Of a stretch of 64,000 nucleotides of DNA, positions 1 to 14,700 are shown one piece after another. The stretch lies in the NCBI RefSeq assembly GCF_000150275.1, contig NW_002060951.1, forward strand, positions 1,374,297 through 1,438,296, in the 5' to 3' direction. The first letter of the stretch is position 1. Every line of letters begins with the position of its first letter. A program made the position numbers and the translations under genes. A model generated the notes under the pieces. It did not search any database. It was not told where the DNA came from and was given only the letters and a program-made list of their open reading frames with translations. The stretch is from Trichoplax adhaerens (Eukaryota > Animalia > Placozoa).

Positions 1-41
1 CATGAGTATGAAATTATAATCATGAAATCTTTTTTTAACAG

Positions 42-3000
42 GATGAGCCCATGCCGTATGAACTCCGCCCTGTGAAAACTCTCTCGTTGACAATGGATTA
101 TATTATCGTGAAAGTGATTAATGGAGATCGGAGAGATGTTGGTGAATGGTTCGATTTCGTTTGGAATAGAACTCGAGCTATAAGAAAAGTATATAGCACC
201 GGAATGGCATCATTAACTTTAGATCGTTGTAGATTAACAAGGTGTAGATATACTCGTATTAGTACTAATTTTAGTATTTTATAATAATTAGGACATTACC
301 ATACAACGCCTTTGTGATTTATCGAGTGCGGATTTGGTTGAAAAATGTGCAAGGTAGTCTATATATATTTTTGGTCCAACTTGTATGCTACAGTAGGTGA
401 CCTATATAATACAATAAGATAAAGAATGTTTGACAATATCAACCGTATTTTTTTAGATTTCATGCGTTATGTGGACACTTACTATGTCAGGAATCAATGC
501 ACACGTTTGATATGAAAATAAACAATGAAAATTTAGTGAAGTGCTTGCAAACTTTGCGTCATTTCTATTCAGATTTACATGCTGAGGTTTACATGTCTAC
601 CTTTTCAACTTAATTACTTAAACTATGGATATACACGTATATATAAAGGTATGCTATTCTATCAGGGTCTCAAGCCAGAGGGTGAAGCTGAATTTAGGTG
701 CTATGACATTTTAATTCATGTAAATGAAGGAGATATGTTAAGGTAATGTACAGTGAATGCTATCATATCATCAAAAAAATTACTATAAGATTATTGCTTT
801 ATAACAATTTGGGATTGTGATCTGTTTGGGCACATGTCATACTTTTATCAATATAGGCAAGCTCAAGAATATCTTCCTGAAGTGTTCAACTCTGACCCTG
901 TCCAATTTGCAATTTCGGTTGCACAGGCTGTTGCTAGTAATAATTACATTAAGTTTTTCAAATTAATAAAGTAAGTTTTCAATTCATGCTGATAAAGACA
1001 ACTTATTGCTGTAATCCTAAAGAGTCTAGGGATATCCATTGCTGATACGATGCTTTTATATCTTGAATTAATTTTATACTGCGACAGAAAATTATTAGTC
1101 ACTATTCAATACACTCATTAATACTGATCATCTATCTATAAAATTTAAAGGTCGGCTCCATATTTATGTGCATGTCTAATGCACCAGCATTTCACTCAGG
1201 TAGGGATTACGGCATATTTGTCGTTGTCGTCGTACCGAATATAGCAAGCACCTGATATATTATTTTCTTAAATAGATGCGAATAAAGGGTTTACAATGTA
1301 TGATTCGGTCATATTCTATGGGAAAAAAAGCTGTTGCCTATCCAATGAAAAAGTTTATTAGGCAACTTTTTTTTGAAAACGATGAAGAGGTTTGTTAAAG
1401 ATGTAAAATTATCCTTCATATCTGTTAGGACAGCGGAATACATTTTATTTATATCTACAAGCATTTCACTTTGATACATTTTACTCACAGGCGTTTAATT
1501 TCTGCCACGAACATGGACTGACTGTGAATGATAATGATACTGAATTAGTGATACAACTGGACAGAAATTCATTCACTGCTTGCGATAAGAGAATTATTCC
1601 TCATAGGTCATCTGCTATTGAAGAGAAAAGGAGAAATTTAACTATTGGAGAAGTATGAAAAATATTTTAGGAGAATGGTCATAGCAGGTTTTAATGTAGT
1701 AATGCAATATCTCTTTGTGTGATAGATTGTGTATGGAAGCAGCTTACCGGATGTTTCTGTACAAGTTCCATCATCAAGTTTTGATGAATCTTTAAGGTTT
1801 ATTGGTTCTTATTGGAATATGGAAGAGACTAAAATAATATCACCGGTTCGCGAGAGCAACCGAGCGATACCTAGGGTATCGCCAGTTAGAGAAGCCGTAC
1901 CAACTCATGTTCCTCAAATATCGAACTTTATACCGGAAATTGTACCGAAGAAAGTTAAAGCACCTGCATTTACAAACACAGAGGTTAGGCTTGATATTAT
2001 ATACGTAGTATTTATTATGCGTTCCGATAAACAATTACGTTGTTCGTATACTTTCATTTACTAAGATTTTATAACCTGATAAACTTCTCGCGTAGATCGA
2101 AATAGTTGCGAAAATGATTATAGAAACAACAGTACGCGGTATGGTGATGGAAACCTGTCGGTCGACATTAAATGATGTACGTAAGGATTACCATAATTAG
2201 TCTAATAAATTTATAGTTTACATATCATTAAATCTACTGGTAATAAATTATTTTAATGTAGGTGAGGAAGCAGCGTGAACTGGCCTTGACCGAAGAAAAA
2301 CTGAACAGGTGATAAAGATAAAATCGCCATTTAAATTTCCTTATATGAATTAGGGAAGATTTTTTTAGCTAAGTTTCCATTTTTAATGATAACAATTTTT
2401 TAAATTTAGGCAAAGAATAGTACAGCAAGAGAGACGAAAGAAAGAGATAATAGATGTTTGTGCTTCTACAACCTGCAATAATTTAATTGACGAAGTTGTT
2501 AATGATGCAGTACAACAGTCATTGATACACCTAAAGACGTAAGGGGATTCATCTGTAATGAAATAATTCTTATTACTTTTATTCCATTACTCAAAAAGTG
2601 TAATTGATTATATTCCGCAGAGCTATGATTAATAATACCAGAAAAGAAAAACTGACTCAGTTAATAAACAAGATTTCGTTGGATGTACACAAGACTATTA
2701 TGGATGATTGTATTTCTACGGTTGCTGCAAAATATGTTGATGAAGAAATGAAAAAGGAGAAACAGCGTATAATGAAACTAAACGGCTTTTTACGTACTAA
2801 AAACATAGCTTTATTGCGTAATTTTTTTCTGAGGTAATTCAGTTTCATGACTAGTTTGTTTTAAAGCAAAATTTGAGTATTTTCTAAGTTGTATATGCAA
2901 CTTACTTATTGAAAATAAATATAATTTAACGTTAGATGGAAATCAGTGAAAGCTGAGTTCGATAAATTGCGAACTGCTTTGGGCGAATTCCCAAGTCATC

Positions 3001-6000
3001 CGCTTTTTTATGACGTTAGCCAAAAATGTGATGAGTTATTTGCCCTGGTTGATCCGAAAAATCCATCGAAAAAGCTTCGTCTTTCACTGGATACATCAAT
3101 GAAGTAAGTAAAATTATCTGTATCGACTATATTTAGTGGTCACATTAAAAATAATTGACAATATTATTAGCCCTCAGGAGAGAATCATGGAAGTACAACA
3201 GATCCAAAGAATGAAGAACGAGAGTGCCATAAATTGGACGTTAGTTTAGTAATAGAAGATTTTGATATAGCTGGGTATAATATTGTTTTCCGACAATTTT
3301 GATCATTGTACTGATAGGAATTTAAAAGGTGCAACACTTGGCGTATGTGAAATGATTGCAACACGTCTGGCCAATAAACTGAAAAATGCACCAGTTGTTG
3401 ATACGATATGGTGGAAATTAGTCATTGTGATATCGGCAAAGGATTTATGCAATGTCAATATATACAAAAGTCTTTTATCTGTATATGGAATAAAGGTGTG
3501 CAATAAGATCGGAGTAGTTCTTCCTATATTCGAACAATTCCATGAAAATTTATTTATGATTTTGAATTTTTTAATGATTCCGAATAGGAAAACTTTCGAG
3601 AAAGCGAAAATTTTACAATAAAAACGTGCTTGATAAGTCATGTTCATCGTGTCATAAATGCAAATCTTTGCTATAGGGTAGATAGTTGATTTACTTTAAA
3701 TTCATAGTAAATTTTTAATTTATGTTTTAAATGCTATAATATCATAATTTGAAATTGCTATACTTTCCGTGACAGATTGTTTTCGAAGATGACATTACTG
3801 ATTCTACTTTGATTGGAACGAATGGGATTTTATTTTTATTAAACGAGACTGACAACGTGTCACTGCAGGTATAATAATCTAGTATTCTTACTAATGCTAT
3901 AAATGTAAAACTTAAATTTGAGAAAATTAATAATTACTGTGATCGTTAATTGGAGACGTTTACTAATTAATTGAACCAACGATTTAATTTATATAAAGAG
4001 CCATTGGATGAAGCAGAGAAAGCGATTAGAAAAGTTATTTAAGAGTCTAAGCAACAATTATCAAATACCGATGGCTATTTGCCTAATGGATTTTTTAAAA
4101 GAAATAAGTATATCAGATTTAAAATCGTGTAAGTAAAATGATTAGATTACATTTTATACTTTCTAATGAATAAGCAACCTTACGGAAATGTCTTTTCTTT
4201 TCTAGATATAAATACTCTAACAGCATCATGTGGTGCAAATGTTTTAGTATGCGACTCGGTATTTCGATTAAATCAAGATAGTATTGATTTAAATCAAGTG
4301 AGTAGAGCTAAAGTCTCACTAACGCCTACTGTTATATGTAATATTTAACTCTATAAATATTACTTTATTGTGATCTTTCCTGTGTAGATATATAATATGA
4401 ACAGCTGGCTTGCTGATAATAGTTGCTTCGTGCCACGCCTTAACCGTCAAAACATTATGGATGCAATTTGTGAAGGTCATTTCGTAGGAGTGAATAACTT
4501 AATTTTCTTTAATTAAAATTAAGATATGCTATTCTTGAATAGGTTTTCAAATTCATTTTGAAACACCGGCATTGCAGAATTACTATGAAAGAGAAAGATT
4601 GAATTCATCTCAATTGGTAAGTTATATAAATATTGATACCGTGATGTGATGTATAATCCTCTAATATTACAAATGGGGATATACAGCTGTTGGTATCAAA
4701 ACACTTATAAAGTACTCTGAGTTATTAGTAATGCTATGTACCCTTTCGATTTGTATTATTGGTTTAGGAACCGGAGATACTCATAGCCTTATACAATGCC
4801 GTTGTTCAATATATTGCTTATACAATTGGAAACGAAAAGTTAAACGAATTATCTTATCCTGCTTCAGAATTCATTAATAGTGTTCACTATAGAAATGGTT
4901 AGGTGCCAGCAATCTACTACTCGCTCATGGAATTATAACGTTTGTGTAACAATACTTTTAATGCTATCTGTAACAGATTTGCCACCTATAAATTGGAATT
5001 CGATTGATCGTCTCGAAAAAATAAGAAACTTAGTGCTTTCTTTTAAAATTCCTGAAATTAAACCTAGTTTTAATTTAGGTATGGAAAATTACTGCCGGTT
5101 ATGCAATGTATCGGTGGTGATTACTTATTAGTCAATTTACTGATATTCTATCCATTATGATTTAATAATTTTACAAGGTAATTGGGAGAACGAATCAATA
5201 AGGTATCTGGAATATTTTAAGCTTTTGGATAAAAATCTTGGCTTTACGCAAAGGTATAGTAAAAAAGCATAGCATATTGGTTGTGACTGATACAGTGCTG
5301 ATAGCAGTATTATAGATATACCTCTAATATGCAATATTACGAATTTTCTATGAATCCATAAACTTGAAAATAGAATTGAAAACCTCTTAAATCGAGCAGG
5401 CATATGTCATAGCCATGATCCTCGGTTTGTGCCTTGGACGCTTGGCTTAGATGAATACCTGCAACTTCGCCTTGGAAGTTTATATTCAAGTGCTGCAGAT
5501 GATATGTAAGTGTTGAATGAAATAGAATATGTATTTATAGAATACTGGATACAAGTGAATATAACGTACCTACTGCTTTTTATTCTTATGCTGAATAGCG
5601 GAATTTATGACCTGCCACCGCTTAATACCGTAGAAGTATATTATTTAATAGACGAGGCTGATTCATTTGTCGCGCCAACTGAATGGATAGAAGTTAACAA
5701 CGTATATAATTCATTAGCCCTTGAGCCAAGGTATGCATATACATCAGTAGCTTCTTCGATAGATGTAAATTAGGTTTCACAACTATTGCTTCTTTTCGTA
5801 TCATACTCAAATAACCTTTGTTCAACTAATCAATCCATTGAATTATGATTATACTCGTAGTTTTAATGCAGATTCCGAAACGACTGAGATCAATTATTTA
5901 GATCTTGAAGGTACTACAAATAGAAGCGAATTAAATCATTTCGCGACAAAGGACCGAAATGATACTGATTTGTGGAAATCGCTCAGCTATCTAGACTCCG

Positions 6001-6546
6001 TGTTAAAAAATGAAGAGAAGGAAACTAACCGGTTAGTTACTTTAGATTTTAAAGATTTAATTGTTTGCAGTAATGTTCTAAAGTGTTATGTATTTTGCTT
6101 CAGGCTTGGGTACCTACTGGAGCAGCAATTTGCTGATCATTCGTCAGAAGACCAATCAAAAAACTTGCAAGTTATTGTAAAAGTTAGTAGAATCTAGGGG
6201 GTTGATATGATTAATTAAATGTTTGTGGCTTCATTGCGATTAATCGATTATGCAAGTACTTTTCAAAGTTTATGTACTCCATTGGTTAAGGCTTAGAAAA
6301 TATTATGAAACTGCATTTATGCGTACCTTACTAATAGGAACAGTTAAATCCGGAGATAAGATTATCAAATGAAATTGAAAATTTCTTAGATACGACAACG
6401 AAATTACAGTTAGTAGAAATATGTATTTGATAGTCATACCAATGATACACAGTATATATGACTAATTTAAATTTTTTGTTAGATCGCTCTATAACACAGA
6501 TTTGAGAGCAACTAAAGAACTACTTGGAGCAGAAAGCTCATGCTAA
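42..6546 (+). CDS. MCM3AP: GANP/MCM3AP (SAC3/GANP domain TREX-2 scaffold), multi-exon, 5' end outside window
   Basis: Spliced exons from 42 read DEPMPYELRPVKTLSLTMDYII...WFDFVWNRTRAIRKDITIQ...LVEKCARFHALC...KINNENLVKCLQTL...EAEFRCYDIL...NNYIKFFKLIKSAPYLCACLM, typical of the SAC3/GANP domain. A helical middle region and a 'WWKLVI' C-terminal segment follow. Last exon 6483-6546 ends ...LLGAESSC*. About 30 short GT-AG introns. Confidence 0.9.
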
Positions 6547-8724
6547 TTTTATTGTGAATATGTTTTAATTAGTTTCATAAGAATGCGCTTTTTTATTATC
6601 ATTTTAAGTTACGTAAATTATCTGAACTAGCAAGTGATATATTTATTGTATTTAAACGATGTGAATAGCCCGAAAGAAATTTGATTCTTTAGAAATCGAA
6701 TGTAGAGTTATTTGTACAGAAATATATATTTTAATCATATGTCTTGGAAGCAAAGTAATAGCAGTAATAAGATCCTTAAGGATCAAGCAATTGTTTGTAA
6801 TTAGCTGCTTCTCTTATAGTGGCTTATAGCCATGTATCATAAACAAAATGCTAAAAATGTTTTTGTTCAATCATAATGTTATTTATTTTTGAACGATTTA
6901 CATAAGCGTAACTATATTTTTTTAAGATCAGCTATTAAGATGATCATTTGATAGCAAATGGTAAAATAGTATTCTGCTTTAAACCATGAGAATACATAAA
7001 TTTGAATTTGTAGTGACTCCTCGGGGAGTATTTGTTCTTGCTTTTGTACTAGTTATAAGAAAGTAAACTGAATTTTTTGATACAAATTGGCTTAAGATTT
7101 TTCCGTTGGTATATAAGTAAATTAATGGAATGTCATTGAGTACTAGCTGAAGCTAGCTCGAGGCATATTTAAAAGAAATCTGCATTTTTAAACGTATTAT
7201 TTGAGACATACCGCAGGTATTACTATAATCACTGCCGAACTGTTTTTATCCCAGAACATGATATCAGTATCACGTTTTCGTATGTATTTGAATCGATATA
7301 ATTACTGAATTATCAGATTATGTAGTGTTTGCTTTCGGTCCTATGTGAGTAAAAATCTCTGTATACTCTTACTAGTCATCGCTCAGCTTATTTCAGAGTT
7401 TTACTATAGACCTATACGAAAGTTCTTAATGACTTATTTTCAGTTCAATAATAGTCTTTTGAGTTCATCCATCACTTTCTCAGTAAACCACTGTATCATA
7501 CTTCGATTTGAAGTATATTACCCTGCAATGATGACATTTATTGATGAGAGTGTAGTTGTAACATTAATCTTAGCCCAATCAACTTTGAGTTTTAAGATAG
7601 ACTATTTTATACATCATTTTTAGTTTTACTAATATCTAATCTATTCCTGAGTGTCTGATTCGTAGACTAGATTTATCGCTAGTTCAGTTAAGATATATTT
7701 TTTATAGTAATAACCAATATTACTAAGAATATCGATCCAACCTATCCTACGCTAATTACTACCTGACTTGGTTGCTAATTCATAATGTAGCTATAACATT
7801 ATCTTGATTTTGTATAGATTGGCGTATCTTGCTGAATAATTCATTAATGATGAGAATGGTGATCGGTGTATTAATGTCGGTATAGAATTCGTAAGTCAGA
7901 TTACGCTAATACTTTAGTCTATGCGTGTGAAATATTTTCAAATTAGTTGCTGTTCAATCTATCGCCACCTGTTGATCATAAACTAGCTACAGCACTATTC
8001 CAATTTCAGATGTATCATATCGTCTTGTGATACTAATGCAATGTTAATAATATCGGCTTAATTAGAAAATTCAACTGTAAGCTAATCAAAATGACCGTTA
8101 TCTAAAGTGAAGATTTTCCAATACAATACATCATTGTTTTCTGTTTCAATTATTGTCTAATCTATTTTAATCACTGATATAATATATAGATTAGTCATAG
8201 TAATGCTTCAAGTTAGGATAGACTACTTTACCTTTCATTAATAATTCAATTTTTGATGAGAAATGTTAATTCTTATACGAATAAGAAACCATATGTTTCA
8301 TTGGAATGTCGGCACGCTAGAATAGATGCGACAATATTGTTTGTTATTATTCTTGATGCCGGACACACAGGTAGAGCTGTATTACTCTCGTAATAGTAGA
8401 GTATATTTAGTATAGTTTTAGCTAGTACTAATTTACACCTAAGCAGTTACCGATGATGATTATATCACCTTAAATTGGCTAACGGTAGACGTAGAAAATT
8501 AAGATTTAAAAATAGAAAGCCATTGTAATTGACATTAGTAATTTTGAAGGTTAGGTAAGAGTTTACAATCCGCTGAACTCCTAAACATTACCAGATCGAA
8601 TAGATCAATTGCTCTTGCAGTATAATAGAGTATTTGGAGAGAGAAAAAAAATGATAAATATGAATAAGAATTTTACCTATCGATCAATTGTTTAAAGTAT
8701 ATTATATTAGCTCAAGAAGAAAAG

Positions 8725-11700
8725 ATGAAGAAAAAAGACTCCACTCATATGTTCTTGTCTAATGAGAAGATACAATCATTAAGTATCTTAACTAATATTC
8801 GCTTAAATCGTTTCTTACAGCGTCTATGGTCATATTTCTCATGGCGTATCTACGTTTTAATTTTAGCTGGTTTATTTTATTTATATTCACATGAGACGAC
8901 AACTTGGTTTTTAATCTATACTGTGCCACCAATACTTGGTATATGGACAGCAACGTTGGCACTCAATAATAATATATCGTTACGGTTTGAAGCATTTATT
9001 CAATCATTAACTGAATCTAATCCATCAAGGAGTAGTAAAAATAGCCATGATAGAGATCATGAAAATGAATTTAAATCTGTAAAATTAAATCCTGCGGCAC
9101 AGGCGGAATTAAATAAGTTAATCAATTACATTTGTCGTGATTTTATCTCAACCTGGTATAAAAATTTAAGTCAGAGTGATCATTTCGAGAAAGAAACACG
9201 TAAAAAACTAGAACAGATATGCAGTCGTTTAATCGATAGAATTGGTAATATAGATCCACATTTATTTATTCAACATTTATGTGGGATATTAACTAACCAT
9301 TTTCATATCTATCATGAATGCGTTAAGGGTTTTACTCATCGAGCTAGCAGTAATCGTTCTACCCCTCCCCCTACAGCTCCTCCTCTGTCTCATCAGGATT
9401 CTAACGATGGGAGTAATAGAAAAGATCAAGAGGAACTCATTTGGCAATCCTATAAAGCTCGATGCTCTTATCAAGGTATTACAGCAACCCAAGATGGTGA
9501 ACAAGATTATATTAGGCATATGGCTACATTGCTTCTTTATGCTCTACTATCAAGTGATGAATTCAATAGCGATACAGTTAGATATTTATTAAGAGAGATT
9601 CTAGCGTCGCATATTCTTCAATCCATTATTAGATCGTTATCTGAGCCTCGGATTATTAATCGCTTATTGGGTAAGTTAATTGAAAGAGTATTTACAGCTT
9701 ATGCTAGACGCCAAGCTAAGAGCGTAAAATTAGCACAACTTCGTCAAAAGAAAAAAAATCGACCTCCTAATATTACAGTAAATCAATCTAATACTTTAAA
9801 TCAACCAATTAATTCTAATTCAGTCCATGATAGTTCTGAATACCTATCGGATGTATCCAACGATAGTAATACGACTAAAGTAATAAACAAACAATCAGCT
9901 CACGGACCAGGAAAAGATCGAAGTGAGAAACAAGGCATAAGTAATAAAGGAAACAATATTCGGCCTCGAGCTAATACTCATACTGCAGCAGTTCAAGTTC
10001 CTAGCCAAGGTAATTCTTCATTATCTACTAAACCAATCGACGAGGAAACAAATTCGATCGAAGTATTTGCTAATCGTAATAAAGCAGTACACAAAAATAA
10101 GAATAAATTGACATTAAGTAAGAAACTGTTTAAGCGCGTTCAACCAAGATTTCGACTAGGATCCGATGAAACGGAAAATTCAGAAAAAGGTACAGATGAT
10201 CATAACGGAAATAACACATCAAATATTCAAGATGAAAATGAAGAAGATGAATTTGCTCAAAGCACGGCAACTGGGCTTGGAAATAATGCAAAAAGAACTC
10301 ATAAGAGCAAACGTATATCTAAAATTTATTCCTCTCTCATCAGGGATAGATCAGTGCAATCCAATCACCGTAAAACCGCTACATTTGATGGATCATCATC
10401 CTATCGTTCAACTCACGCCAATGAGAACATTCCATCCAAAGCAACGCGATCACATTCCTATGATGATATTGATTGTGTTAAGAAAGAGAATGAAAATTCA
10501 TTTTTGAAAGCCTTTCACAAGATTAAAACTATCAGTGGAAAAGAAGATAATCATCATAATCTAACAAATAGTAAAGATACAATACTTAATTTAGACTTTG
10601 CCGATAAATCAACTAATGGTATGAAAGATTTATTTAATCCTTTACCGCAACATCAACAAATTAAAGATCGCACTGGAATACAAATTTATGTAACATCTCC
10701 TGCTGGTCATCAACGTTCTAATGATGATATCTTCCAAGAAGGTACCTTACATAATCTCGATCTCAACTATTCCTATCTGTTTGTCTTGTAATAGCTTGAA
10801 GATAGCTAGCTTACTATTATTGCTTAACTTAATATTTAAGTATATTCGACTCTATTTTTCAGGGTATATTTACGGTATTTCTGTATATCGTGCAGTCATA
10901 ATCTCAGTATTTCTCAGTAGAAATTTATTTTATACGTTACATTTTGACATAATCCAGAATCTAAAATTTCATAACATATGAGAGATGGTGTATATTAAAG
11001 CTAACAATCAGTGATGACATTAATTCCATTCTTCTACGTGACCTTATTCTTATATGCTATTACCAATGAGTTAGCGATTCACGCTTGTATTTTATCTATC
11101 TAATATTTATCTATGATACGAATTGATACAAGAAAATCAACCCGATGATGTTTCATTACATTTTAACCCAATTAATAAGTTGGAAAAATTGGGATTTTAT
11201 AAGCCAATCTCTATTCCAAAGACAATCACTGCTAAAGACAAAACTGGAAATAAATATACTTTGTACTGTATCGAGGTAAGTCGCTAACACATACCTATAT
11301 ATGTTAATTTAAGATAATTGAGTTCTGTTACTAATGCTTAGAATGAAATATTGGTAACTCAGATCAGATTTTTTAATTATTTCTATGACAAGTTGCGTAT
11401 AAATATGTTAACACGTATATATTAATATTACAATCCTAGCTCTAATTCTATAAATATGCATATACATGTAATTTTGACGAATAATAATATTTCATTTAGT
11501 TCGTAGACTTAAATTCTATAATATCAGTATATTATTATTCACAGTGATAGCGTAATGCTTAATATAGCTTATTGATTGAGTTCTAATTTTAACAATTTTA
11601 GTATGAAAGAGTACATGGATATTTATGGGATATCTTTATAATAGCAATATAATTCATTCATCAGCTGCTTTAGTTGTAATTTTAAAGTTTTCTCACTTGA

Positions 11701-14700
11701 GCTCCAATACTGTAATTATTTATCTTAAGATAGGTTTATAATTTTTGCGAGAGACTGTTTCAAGATTTTTTCGCTCAAAGTTACAAAAACATACTTTAAT
11801 ATTTGTAAGATGGGACTACAGTTCTGTATGAATGATTGATATACGCATAGCTCTTATGTAAAGTCTAGCTTAAAAAAGTAAAATCTATACCATAAAACCT
11901 ATAGTTATATGATGCTATTGTGTAGTGCGATAGTATATTTCTAGCTACAAAAATTCATCGCTAAAAGTATACTATCGTATTACTACATTTTAGCTCTAAT
12001 CTCTAGAATTTTTTATTTAATAGTACAAAGATTTATTGAAATGTCTTAACTAGAGTAGCAAAATTTTAATGAAATACCAACCCTAATTCCATGATATTTT
12101 GATCTATTATTAATCCTTCAGTATTATGATAGCATATGGCGAAATGTGGAGCAGCATGAGGAATCCAAGTCAAGAAATACTTTCTCACTAAGAGCCAAAA
12201 AACGACAGAGGATTAAATCAGATGAAAGCGAAAAAGTAGCTGATCGTCATTCTCTTTCTTTAAGCAAAAAAAATCAATGTAAAGATGATATCGTGGATGT
12301 TATTGGATCAAAAAATACTGCTAGTAACGGTTCATTTCCCTTCAAAGTTAAGAAATTATTTGACGTTCGTTTAAAACGTTCCCGTTGGCAACATACTGGC
12401 TCGTTTGTTCTGGATGTAGCAGACAGCGAAAATACGGATGATATCGTTTATTCTTTAGGTCATCGTGAAATCCATCATCGTTTTAGCGAATTTTTTGCAT
12501 TAAATAGGCGACTACGACGGCGATTTAGTCCTGCTGATTTGAAAGGTAAAGCTGGTACAATCAAACATACCATTCTACAATAAAATTGCCTAAAATTTTA
12601 TCTCTGATCTCTTTCTTACACATTTCCTACTATGTATCGGTATACGACGGGTATAGACTAGTTTTAAATTATATACCGCACAATTTTGCAGTTATGTTCA
12701 GCTTAAAATTGACTAATCTTGTATTTACACCAAAAATGGTACTGCTAATTATAATTGATTACTATGAATTATACTTCGATTAGTTTTAATAGTGACCGTA
12801 TCCATTTTACTTTGTTATATTTAGGGCTATCATTATCTGGTACGCGATTAGTGCATGCATTTTCAAGATTTGATCCGGCCGTTATTGAAAATCGTCGAGA
12901 TATGTTGGAATGCTACTTAAAGGCAAGATTAATTCACTTACTGTTATTTAGAGTAGAGTGATGAGCCGCTTAGCAAATACGTAAATAATATTTGACAAGA
13001 AGTTGCAGTATACTTTATGTATGGTCAAAGCTTATATATATGCAGTTATTTCACATAAAAGATTGTATAGTAGTAGGAATAGATACGTAAATAATATTCT
13101 TGATAGGAGCATGTAGTATCGTATTTTAGTAGATAAATAGGCTTTCCAGTTTAAAATGGCATCAGTTGATTTAGATATAGATTATCATAAAGTAAAACAT
13201 TAAAGATAGATTATAATATACTTTACAATTAGTCAATGTATTTAAAAATTCATACTGCCTTTGCTGAAGATAAGAGAAAAATAAAAGTAATTCAGTATTT
13301 CTAGCAGAACGTACGGTAGAAAAATATAATTTCTTTTAAAATGGTGTTAATAAATTCAAGTATGAGCTATCACCCAGTATTAATGCCTTATCGATTTTAA
13401 TATCAATCAGGCATCGAGGCAAATCGAATAGCCTTGCTCCATTCATTTGCTACTAGTTAAATATTAGAAAATAATCTAATAGAATTCATCATGTACCGTA
13501 AAGCATACTTTAGGCTGAGCAGAAATTTACGACGGATATTGACCACAAAATGATGCTAGATTATTACCCAATTCATGCTATTCTATGGGTTTTAATATCG
13601 GTTTGATATCAGAGTAGAGCATCATGGCCCTTTAAATAGAATTATACTTTAGATGTGAGAGCTACATTTTATTAATGATATTTATGATATTTCCATAGAA
13701 ATATAGCAAATGGAATAGGCTATTAGCTCGCACGATACATAAGAGCATTCATGAAAATATATTTGTTTTAATTTAGCAAATATTCTGTTCATATACACAT
13801 ACTTTGTTGTAACAAATTTTGAAATATTAAATTATTAATTTCTAAGATCGGTATATTGGTAGCAATAGGATTAAAAATAATTTATTTTAACTTTAATCAT
13901 ACAATATTCGTAGGTATTAATATCACGACCACGACTGAGAAACAGCGTGGAATTTCAGCAATTTATGGGACGCTTAGCTGATGAAAACTTAATCTTTCCA
14001 CAGGTAAGATTTACAGCATTTCTGTTGAATGATGACTAGGTAAAAAGGTTTTATACTGTAAGAGAAGTATCTTCCTATCTTGTAAGAATTATTATTAACT
14101 TTTTAGTAAAGTTTTATTAATACAATCACGATTTGCTCCGTGAGGATGCAACAAGATAATAGTTCTTGTAAGGTGCTTTTTCGATTTAAACCTATTCTAT
14201 ATCCTCACCTACGCAATTTCGTGGCTATACCTGAGATTTCTTGAGAATTTTTAATTTTCGAGTCAGCCAATAGTTTTGTACTAACTAACTAATTTTTAGA
14301 TAGGATTACTTATGGAATATCTTCCTCTATCCGTAGTAATTTGTATTTTTTAACGAATGCTTTATATAACAAACTAAATTGATTTAGAGTTGCAATTTAC
14401 AGCAAATTAGGTTATTACATCCGCATGATAACGATATCATAAGACCTGCCAGCAGTATAACTGCAACTTTAACTGTTACTATTTAATTTTTAGTAGTTGA
14501 TCATATGATATTAATAAAATTTAGCGTAAAGTTTGTTAGAATTGTATTTCCATCAGCTTAAACAATATTAGATAATTATCGAAATAGAATTCATCAATAG
14601 CATTTATGCTATAGCTATCGTTGTTTCGGTACAATTTTAAATATTGTAAAGCAAATCAAAAAATTGACTAATTTCTATAATCGGAGCTAAAGGATAATTT

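Noticed and set aside
7345-7623. 92-aa hydrophobic ORF upstream of the sorting nexin
   Set aside because: GTG start, composition typical of AT-rich non-coding DNA, and no motif.
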